Origin: Bdellovibrionales bacterium
GTDB lineage: Bacteria > Bdellovibrionota > Bdellovibrionia > Bdellovibrionales > UBA1609
Length of the DNA stretch: 64,000 bases
Direction: 5' to 3'
NCBI GenBank assembly: GCA_965200025.1
Contig: OZ241325.1
Span: 1,099,150 to 1,163,149, forward strand
In this document: piece by piece, positions 56,060 to 64,000 of the stretch
Layout of the letters: each line of letters starts with the position of its first letter
Position numbering within the stretch: position 1 is the stretch's first letter
Program-made: the position numbers and the translations under genes
The notes under the pieces: generated by a model
The model's input: the letters and a program-made list of their open reading frames with translations, nothing else
Told to the model about the DNA's origin: nothing
The model's database searches: none

Positions 56060-59000
56060 TTAAGTTAGTTTTTGTTTCAGTTTTTTGTATTCTGTATGGC
56101 TTTCTATTTGAGGGTGTTTTTCTTTTAACTTGTTCAAAACTTTTTCAATATTATTTCTTTGATAAGATTCTATATTTTTTAAGGGAAAATTTAAATTTAA
56201 AAGCTTGAGTAGTGTATCGGGATAATTAAAAATATGTTGTAATTTGGTTTGTTTATTTAAGTCCTTTGAATTTTTTTGAGAGTTTTCAGATAATGCTCTA
56301 AAATATATTTCATCAGCAATAGAATATCTACGGGGTTTTGGTGTGAAATAATTTTTGATTGTATCTTTTAAAGTTTCAAAAGCATCTGGAAAATTATTTT
56401 CACAATACAAAACAGCCAAAGATAAGTAAAGAGCTGTTTCAGAGTTATTTTTATTTTTTTGTTGTAGCCAAAATGTTTTTATCCAGGGTTTTATTTTATT
56501 GGACCATAAAACAGCAGATTTTCCTGGTTCTGCATCTCTCAAAAGCATAAACATCTTTCTGGTAAGAGATTCAAAAATATCCACATCCATTTTTCGGATA
56601 AGGCTTTCGCTTTCTTTCTCTGTAAAAGTGGCCGCTATATCCTTACCACCGGTGAGGATCAAAAACAAATTAGAAATAACCCCAATATATTGATTATGTT
56701 CATTTTTTAAATCGAGTAATTTTTTATAATTTAAAAACAACTGAGAAAACTCTTCTTTAAAATCAGATAAAAAATCTGAACTGTAACTTGGGTTATAAAA
56801 AACACCCTGCCATAAAGATTTATAAACACTTTCAGGTTGTTTGTGCCAATCCATTAAAGGCCTTATATTTTTGATGGTCCAAGCCTTGTCCAAAAACCAA
56901 AGTTGCCACAAATTATGACCAAAGTGATACAAAACTGAAGGTTCTTTATTTAAACCCTGAGCAATAATATCCTGAAAATAATTTTTTATATCTTCCGGTA
57001 TTTTTCCATTTTTTGTAATTTTTTGATCAGGCATACTGTTCCATAAGGCCTTAAATATACACCACGACAACCTTCCCAAATTTGAGTTTAAGGCTGTAAT
57101 TGCTGAAGGTGGGGTTTTTCTACATTCTTTAACACTTAAATTCCATAGTCTTTTCCACCACTTTTGAAAGCGTGATTTATCCTTAAAGTATATCAAACCT
57201 CCTTTCATGTTCAACATAAATATCAATGATCCCAGACATCCTTTAAAAAAATCATCATTAAAGTTTTCTGCTTTTTCAACAATTTTAAAAAACCATTCAT
57301 TGCTTTTTTTGGCATCAGTCATCATGGAAGTCTCACCAATAAAAACACTCCAATAAGGAATGCCTGTTTTATCGTGATCTGAAAACATGGATAAAACTTT
57401 AAAACCCCTGTCAGGAAAACCTTTACAAAAAGTTCTAAATTCACTTATTTTGTTTATAATATTTTTTTTGTTTACCACATAGAAATCATCGTTTTGTTTG
57501 ATGTCATTAAAAATTTGTTCATCAGTCATGTTATGGTAATACTTTTCAAGTCCTGAGCGTCTCACCCCTGTATGAAAAACAGGAAAATTATCGGAATCAT
57601 CTACCTTGTTTGGAAGACTGTATTTTGATTGTATACTGTTATAACGCCTTTCTATATCTTTGGGAAGTGGAGTGCCTGAAGCTTTCATGCGATTTAACTT
57701 TTGATATATCTCTCTTTCTTTTAACTCCACAAATATTTTGTCATTAATATTCTCGTATAAATGGCGGGGTGGCCCTTTTATAATTAAAGAAAAGAGTTGT
57801 TTGGCTGCCTGGGGGGCGTGTTGCCTGCCCTTTAAATATCTTAACATCTCATTTTGGCACGATACAGACCATAAAATATTTTCATTTTTTGATAGTAAAT
57901 CAATAACAATGGTTTCATCCAGTATATCTGGATACTTTGTAACAGCATATAAAATAAGTCTATAAAACAAAGAATAAGGATATAAACTCCATTTATTGAG
58001 CAAAAACCTGGCAAGTGTTTTATCTTTTTTTATAGCCATATCAAAACTGTCCCGGGCTAAAACAATTAAATAAGTCCAGGGATAAAAAGTTGTATTTTGA
58101 CTGTCAGGAGAAATAGAAGGTCTTTTAAGAAAGAAATTATCACGCCCATCTTCTTCAATAAGTCCCACCCACTTTGCCAGCTCCATTGCTTCTTTTAGTA
58201 AATTTGTCCAATCTTCCGCATGGAGTAAAAGAGCTTTCTCATTATTTTCCAAGGATCCAAATAAAGAAGGATCAAACTGCATATTTATTGTCAATTTAGG
58301 CTCATAAATAGGATCATCTGCAACAGGTTTTTGTTCCCCAGGGAATTTGAAATTATATGGTAAACGTGTCTCAAATCCAATATAAGGTTTTAACCAATAA
58401 AACAGCTCTTTAATTTTTGACTGCGAGTAGCTTGTGCTTAAATCCCTTATCAGGGATGAACCATTAAAAGAAGATATTAAAACTTCTGAAGAAGTGTCTT
58501 GAGTGGTAACAATTTGCCAAAACAAAGCAACCCTTTTACTTAATTGTGGGTTTTCATTATTAGATAATATATTTTCTAATTTTCGTTTAATGCAATATTT
58601 AAATTCAGGATGTAAAGAAATAACACCTGTTTGAGGATGAGAGCATTCTGTTATAACCTGGTGGATTAATTTTTCGTTATCCAAATGATGCATCAGCCAA
58701 TGCATCATACATCGTTCCATATTGGACAAAGGTTCCCATAAAGGGGTACGGGAAACATAGTAAGTGGGGAAAGAGAGTTTTTTTAGTAGTGTGTTTTCAT
58801 ACTGTGGCACATCATCACTTGTTTTAGCAGAGGTTTGTTTTTCCTTTAAAAAAGCTTTTAACCAGGTAATATCCACAGGCTTATATTTGTGTGGATCAGA
58901 AGATAAATTTATTTCAGGAAAATACTCTGCCAGTTTTTCGTTCACTTTAATTGCAGAAAACATATTTTTTGCATTTATTTTATCTCTTCCTTCTTCATAA

Positions 59001-59989
59001 GGAATGCTAACCAACTTCTTCAGCCACTGTTTTTTACCTGTCAGTCCAAGTGTTTTTAATTCAGCCCATTTTTTTATGGTACCATATAACAGTGAATGAT
59101 CTTCATTGTCTTTAATTTTATATACAATAGGCTTAACTCCAATGGATTTCCATTTATTTTCTATTTTGTTTTTTTCATTTTCCCTGTATCCGGCGAAAGC
59201 ATATATGGAAGGTTTAATATTATTTTTATCAATTTTTTTTGCTTGTGTGTCAATAGTTTCAGAGTAATGTATGTTATTTTCTTTTCTTCTGTGATTTACG
59301 TAACTAATGGCTGAAACCAGATAATTCATTACAGGGTCATTAACTTCGTATCCAATAAAAAATACCGTAAAATCCTGAAACAGCTGGATAACAAATCGAG
59401 CTGTCCAATTATCATGCAAGTAGGCCAAACCAAAATCCCTTCTTGTGAGAACCAAATTATCTCCAGAAGGATCATAAGATTCATCAATAAGACCATGTAA
59501 AAATGTCAGATTTTTCCATGTTTCCTTTCTGGATGGTGCAAGCTTTGGAGCGGAATCTGAAAGCTTAAGATCAAGCCCTGCCTCAAAAAATAATCTGTCA
59601 AAGTTGGTGGTTACCAGCCTGTAACCTTTTTTATCTGGCAAAACAGACAAATCCAAAAGGGCTTTATGAATATCAGGGTTATTTTTGTACTGGCTTAAAA
59701 TTTTTATCACTTTTTCTCTTAAAACTTTTCTTGAAACAGAAAATGACTGATTTCCCTCTATCATATCCAAAACACTGCTATAATCTTTTCTGTCCCAGGC
59801 TTCTTTTAAAAGAGGTTCTTCTTTAAGAGATATATTGAGGTTTTGACAAATCTGTTCGACCAAGCCTTTGAACACAGGCAGACCATTATCTACAGAAATA
59901 CCGGAACCACAAAACAAAACCAAATTGTCTTGTCTAAGGGCGTATTCCACTTCTTCGGGTATATCAGGGCCATCTTTAATGTATTGCAT
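56060..59989 (-). CDS. Large SIR2-domain anti-phage protein (Dsr1-like)
   Basis: N-terminal GPDIP...LFCGSGIS..GLP.F, TTNFD, LHG, DFGLAYL and FIGY..DP. 1309 aa and AT-rich. Confidence 0.85.
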   Translation of the reverse strand: MQYIKDGPDIPEEVEYALRQDNLVLFCGSGISVDNGLPVFKGLVEQICQNLNISLKEEPLLKEAWDRKDYSSVLDMIEGNQSFSVSRKVLREKVIKILSQYKNNPDIHKALLDLSVLPDKKGYRLVTTNFDRLFFEAGLDLKLSDSAPKLAPSRKETWKNLTFLHGLIDESYDPSGDNLVLTRRDFGLAYLHDNWTARFVIQLFQDFTVFFIGYEVNDPVMNYLVSAISYVNHRRKENNIHYSETIDTQAKKIDKNNIKPSIYAFAGYRENEKNKIENKWKSIGVKPIVYKIKDNEDHSLLYGTIKKWAELKTLGLTGKKQWLKKLVSIPYEEGRDKINAKNMFSAIKVNEKLAEYFPEINLSSDPHKYKPVDITWLKAFLKEKQTSAKTSDDVPQYENTLLKKLSFPTYYVSRTPLWEPLSNMERCMMHWLMHHLDNEKLIHQVITECSHPQTGVISLHPEFKYCIKRKLENILSNNENPQLSKRVALFWQIVTTQDTSSEVLISSFNGSSLIRDLSTSYSQSKIKELFYWLKPYIGFETRLPYNFKFPGEQKPVADDPIYEPKLTINMQFDPSLFGSLENNEKALLLHAEDWTNLLKEAMELAKWVGLIEEDGRDNFFLKRPSISPDSQNTTFYPWTYLIVLARDSFDMAIKKDKTLARFLLNKWSLYPYSLFYRLILYAVTKYPDILDETIVIDLLSKNENILWSVSCQNEMLRYLKGRQHAPQAAKQLFSLIIKGPPRHLYENINDKIFVELKEREIYQKLNRMKASGTPLPKDIERRYNSIQSKYSLPNKVDDSDNFPVFHTGVRRSGLEKYYHNMTDEQIFNDIKQNDDFYVVNKKNIINKISEFRTFCKGFPDRGFKVLSMFSDHDKTGIPYWSVFIGETSMMTDAKKSNEWFFKIVEKAENFNDDFFKGCLGSLIFMLNMKGGLIYFKDKSRFQKWWKRLWNLSVKECRKTPPSAITALNSNLGRLSWCIFKALWNSMPDQKITKNGKIPEDIKNYFQDIIAQGLNKEPSVLYHFGHNLWQLWFLDKAWTIKNIRPLMDWHKQPESVYKSLWQGVFYNPSYSSDFLSDFKEEFSQLFLNYKKLLDLKNEHNQYIGVISNLFLILTGGKDIAATFTEKESESLIRKMDVDIFESLTRKMFMLLRDAEPGKSAVLWSNKIKPWIKTFWLQQKNKNNSETALYLSLAVLYCENNFPDAFETLKDTIKNYFTPKPRRYSIADEIYFRALSENSQKNSKDLNKQTKLQHIFNYPDTLLKLLNLNFPLKNIESYQRNNIEKVLNKLKEKHPQIESHTEYKKLKQKLT

Positions 59990-60354
59990 AATCGTAGCAT
60001 ATTATGAGAACAAACCACAGTTTGTCAAATACCTAAAAAAAGAAGATGTTGAATATGAAACATATAATTCTTGTTTTCCACTTTACCCCTACTACTCTCG
60101 TTTTCAAAAAGGAATGAATATGTATTTAAATTATGCTGAAAAGCATTAGACCCTCAAAGGGGAAAATCCCCCTTAAGGTACCCTTGAACCTTACAAAATC
60201 AAGGGTGTTTTATGTGCAAGACCTGAAGCTAAAGCACGCTTGACCTCTTAAGTCATTAAAATACCACCAGTATATTAGGGCTTTTTTTTATTTTCAAAAA
60301 ACTTGAGAAAAAATAGTGACACCTCCCTTTTACATACGGTAAAAGAACAAAACC

Positions 60355-61381
60355 ATGCATCAAAACAAAAAAACCAGAAAAACCTCTCTACACGACATCT
60401 TCTTTAAGGAGGTTTATTCCCACCTCCCTTACAGTCTGGATATTTTTCGTCTTATCCTCACCCCTTCAGAGTTTAAGCTCTTTGACTTCAAGACTCTGAA
60501 ACTGGAACTTAACTCTTTTGTGGACAAAGAGTTTAAAGAGAAGAGAATGGACCTGCTGTTTTCTGTAAAAAAGCGTGGTTCAAAAAAAAGCACCCGTATT
60601 TTGTTTTTGCTGGAACATAAATCCTACCAAGACGAAGGTCTTTTAAGGCAGATACTAAATTACCAGACAGGGATATACGGCAAAATCAGGGAGCCGGTGA
60701 TACCTGTGGTGGTCTACCATGGAAGCAAGAGGTGGAGGGGTGTTTTAAGCTTTCATGAGTATTTGAGTGATTTTAGTGGGGTTTTGAAGAGGTGTTTTGG
60801 TAAGAATGTCTTGAATTTTAAGTGCCGGTTGTTAAATCTTCAGGATTTGGGCAAAAATGGAAAAAAGTTAAAGAGCTTGACAAGCTACCCGGCTCTGTAT
60901 ATTATGAGTCATATATGGGATTTGAATGAGGGGGTTATGAGGTCCCTGTTTGTAATCGGCAGAAGGTTGTCGGTCAAGGATCGTATGAGGTTGATAAAGA
61001 AGGCTGTGGATTATGTGCGTCATTACAACCCGGGATTTAGTTGGAGGATTATTGAGTGAGATAGAGGCAAGGGCTGTTCATAAAGAGGAGGAAAGAGTTA
61101 TGCCACCATTACAGATATCACTGGATGAGGAGAGGTCCAAGGGCTTAAAACTGGGGCTTCAAAAAGGCCGCCAGGAAGGACTTCAAAAGGGACTTCAAAA
61201 AGGGCTTCAAAAGGGACTTCAAAAAGGCCGTCTGGAGGGCCAACAGGAGGGCCGCAAAGAAGGTCAGCAGGAGCTGATTTTAAAGATGTTGCGAAAGAAG
61301 GCTGACCTGTCTTTTATCTCTGAAGTAACAGGCTTGTCAGAACAGGAGCTTAAAAAACTGAAAAATGGCTCTAAAAAATAA
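60355..61381 (+). pseudogene. Rpn family recombination-promoting nuclease/putative transposase, split by a 1-nt insertion at 61049-61050
   Basis: HD.FFK, RMDLLFSV, LLEHKS and PVIPVVVYHG. The sequence is GGATTATTGAG here and GGATATTGAG in the other copy. Confidence 0.88.
61100..61381 (+). CDS. Putative internally initiated Rpn C-terminal small protein (RpnS-like), 93 aa
   Basis: GAGGAGG precedes ATG 61100. GLQK repeats and an IS..TGLS..EL tail. Confidence 0.6.
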   Translation: MPPLQISLDEERSKGLKLGLQKGRQEGLQKGLQKGLQKGLQKGRLEGQQEGRKEGQQELILKMLRKKADLSFISEVTGLSEQELKKLKNGSKK

Positions 61382-61532
61382 TATTTGTTGCCTGAAAATC
61401 ACTAAAAATACCCATTAAGGCAAGTATCCTGAGCTTTAAATATTACAGGTGATGGGGATATTTCAGGTTTTTTAACCAATATTGACAGTCTTTCTGTACC
61501 GCATGCAAACTTGGCAGTTCTGGCTGGGGTTT

Positions 61533-61660
61533 TTGACTGGTCAGCAGTGCCGGAAAAGGGGGAAAAAAGAGGTTTGAAAACCTAATGGCCTGCCAGCTTC
61601 TGAAGTACTGTCATTGTGAAGAGGACACAGAGGGCCACACCATAGAGCTTCGTTTTTTAA
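61533..61660 (+). pseudogene. Fragment of the AAA-DUF4143 gene
   Basis: Matches 55603-55732 (GACTGGTCAGC...GAGCTTCGTTTTTTAAGG). Confidence 0.85.
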
Positions 61661-62382
61661 GGGGACCACATTTTTTTATCCGGCATCTCGTCCCAGGTTT
61701 TTCCTTTAAACAACCTCCCGGTCTTGTGTTTTTTTACTCCCCCCCACTGTTTGAAAAAAAAAGCTGTTTTTGTTTTTATACATCGAAGTTGAATTTGCTT
61801 TACCCATTCAGGTTTTATGACTCTGGCTTTAGGTCCGGATTCCCCTCCCACAATAACCCAATCAATGCCTTTTAATTTCAAATCAGGTAGAGAACCTAAA
61901 AGTGGTTCCAATGACAAAAATTTTATATAAGCTGGTGTTTGCAGAAGGTGTGGAATGCGAAACATATAATTTTTGTTTTCCACGCTAACCCCCATCCATA
62001 TATTTTTAGTCCAAGTTAGCTTGCAGGACAACTCTTCCAGCCTCTCAGCCCTTTTTGTTAAAACCTGGAAATGATGCTGAGGACATGAGTTCATGACTTC
62101 AAATACTTTTTTGATAAATGAAACAGGTACTTTATTATGAAACAAATCACTCATGGAGTTAACAAAAATCATTTTTGGTTTTTTCCATTTCAGGGGAATG
62201 CTTAGGGCATGGTGATGTAAGGTTAAGTTAAAACCATTTCTGTAATTATATTGGCCCATTTTCTGAAGACGATGGGATAATTTTTCTGCATAACAGTTTT
62301 TACATCCCGGGCTGATTTTATTACAACCAGTTAGTGGATTCCATGTGGCTTCTGTCCACTCTATGGTAGATAATGTTGCCAT
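61657..62382 (-). CDS. DUF5131 / phage Gp37-Gp68 family protein
   Basis: IEWTEATWNP.TGC.KISPGCKNCYA, FVNSMSDLFH, WVIVGGESG and FFFKQWGG. Confidence 0.93.
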   Translation of the reverse strand: MATLSTIEWTEATWNPLTGCNKISPGCKNCYAEKLSHRLQKMGQYNYRNGFNLTLHHHALSIPLKWKKPKMIFVNSMSDLFHNKVPVSFIKKVFEVMNSCPQHHFQVLTKRAERLEELSCKLTWTKNIWMGVSVENKNYMFRIPHLLQTPAYIKFLSLEPLLGSLPDLKLKGIDWVIVGGESGPKARVIKPEWVKQIQLRCIKTKTAFFFKQWGGVKKHKTGRLFKGKTWDEMPDKKMWSP

Positions 62383-62603
62383 AGTTAAGGTTTTCCTAAA
62401 ATATGCTGACTATATTCAAATTTTTATGCAATACATTATATTTTTATTAAAAAGCCCGCTTCTTAGGTTTTTCCACTTTTTGAGTAGTCTCTAAGTGAAA
62501 GTACAATATACATCAGTATAAAATCAAGCTTTTCCATGTATTGCACTTTTAAGATTTTTGCTTTACCCTTTGAGACTTAAAATAGTATTATTACAACCAC
62601 TTA

Positions 62604-62876
62604 TTGGGAAACAGGAAGAAAAGAATTGTGAAAATGGAACAAAAAGGTAAACACCGGGCAGAATATGGAGAGAAAATTATACAAAAAATAGCAGTAGATT
62701 TAACAAAAAGTTTTGAAAGAGGATTTAGTGAAAGAAAATTAGAAAAATATCGCCAATTTTATCTCTGCTACTCTTATTTTCAAAAAGAGCTGACGGTGTC
62801 GGCCAAATCTTATAAGTATTTGAAAATAAAAGATTTTTTGAACACAGCAAAAAACTACTCAACTTTTTGGTGCTAA
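62604..62876 (+). pseudogene. YhcG/DUF1016 N-terminal fragment
   Basis: RIV..EQ.G..RAEYG...DLT..F.RGFS.R.L...RQFY. No nuclease half follows. Confidence 0.75.
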
Positions 62877-63111
62877 CAGGCCCAGCTATATCACAACACC
62901 TGTATAATATTTATAAAGCCAGGGAATTGGATAAAAAATTACCTGTACATTTTGCTGCCTAAAGCGACAGATTATATGCCTCTTTGCTGATGCCCTGCAA
63001 GAAAGCAAAGCTTAAGATTCTGTACAGCTATATCATCCTTAAAATCAGAAAAAACATGTTTGAAAAAATATAGTGACATCCCCCTTTTACATACGATAAA
63101 AGAACAAAACC

Positions 63112-63675
63112 ATGCATCAAAACAAAAAAACCAGAAAAACCTCTCTACACGACATCTTCTTTATTTGGGCAAAAACGGAAAAAAGTTAAAGGGCTTGACA
63201 AGCTACCCGGCTCTCGTATATTATGAGTCATATATGGGATTTGAATGAGGGGGTTATGAGGTCCCTGTTTGTAATCGGCAGAAGGCTGTCGGTCAAGGAT
63301 CGTATGAGGTTGATAAAGAAGGCTGTGGATTATGTGCGTCATTACAGCCCGGGATTTAGTTGGAGGATATTGAGTGAGATAGAGGCCAGGGCTATTGATA
63401 AGGAGGAGGAGAGAGTTATGCCACCATTACAGATATCATTGGATGAGGAAAGAGCCAAGGGTTTAAAACTGGGGCTTCAAAAGGGCCGCCAAGAAGGACT
63501 TCAAAAGGGACTTCAAAAAGGCCGTCTGGAGGGCCAACAGGAGGGCCGCAAAGAAGGTCAGCAGGAGTTGATTTTAAAGATGTTGCGAAAGAAGGCTGAC
63601 CTGTCTTTTATCTCTGAAGTAACAGGCTTGTCAGAACAGGAGCTTAAAAAACTGAAAAATGGCTCCAAAAAATAA
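63112..63675 (+). pseudogene. Third Rpn copy with the nuclease domain deleted; RpnS-like ORF 63418-63675 intact
   Basis: The upstream region and start match 60301-60405, then the sequence jumps to the equivalent of about 60845. Confidence 0.88.
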
Positions 63676-63737
63676 TACCTGTTGCCTGAAAATCACTAAA
63701 AATACCCCGTAAGGCAGATATCTTGAACCATGCTTAT

Positions 63738-63947
63738 TTAGAGCTTTATGGTTTTTTTCTTTGGAACACATCTCATTCTTACACTTTTTCTTTTCTGGTG
63801 GTGGTGGTTTGCCTTGTAAAGCTTATTTAGTTTTCCATTAAGCCAGACAATCTTTGCCCTTTGTTCATAAGCCACAAAAGCCACAAAACCATGCAGTGAA
63901 ACCATACTCACAATCACAAAACCTTTAAAAAAAGTCACTTTACCCAC
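63738..63947 (-). CDS. Small TM-anchored hypothetical protein
   Basis: 69-aa ORF with a hydrophobic N-terminus. Support is weak. Confidence 0.35.
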   Translation of the reverse strand: MGKVTFFKGFVIVSMVSLHGFVAFVAYEQRAKIVWLNGKLNKLYKANHHHQKRKSVRMRCVPKKKTIKL

Positions 63948-64000
63948 TTATTTTGAATAATCCAGCTTTGGATAATCCTCACTTGTGGCAGTCCAGTCAT

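Noticed and set aside
60301-63730. Rpn copies as classical IS elements
   Set aside because: No terminal inverted repeats or target duplications are visible, and Rpn/YhgA proteins are not established transposases.

Overview
This is a bacterial chromosome window of roughly 40% GC from a diderm organism. A Bdellovibrionota/Oligoflexia-like lineage is my inference from gene content, and the secreted LRR, ankyrin and Cys-rich proteins suggest a host-associated lifestyle. The core backbone includes hisS, sodB, tRNA-His/Pro/Ser, dnaE, ribF, fabZ-skp-bamA, lolD-lolC/E, prfB (programmed +1 frameshift), purQ, ybeY-murJ, rpsT, holA and maeB. Four accessory zones interrupt it: (i) a tRNA-Pro-bounded defence island with a Dam-like MTase, Shedu and Type III R-M; (ii) an LRR / coiled-coil / Cys-rich cassette island between lolD and bamA; (iii) an array of metzincin proteases and hypervariable Cys-rich lipoproteins with tandem and inverted duplications; (iv) an Rpn-punctuated defence array with an AAA-DUF4143 ATPase, a Dsr1-like sirtuin and DUF5131. 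The most unusual signal is a dispersed promoter cassette, TTGA(C/A)AAAAAAT-G(8-10)-TAAA, found five times, each time upstream of a small secreted-protein gene; it is a candidate portable phase-variation switch. Other notable signals are the protease/variable-lipoprotein array, a G.U-supported structured RNA leader, and a tandem repeat that creates His-codon mini-ORFs over the hisS start. All family assignments come from motif recognition, not database searches.
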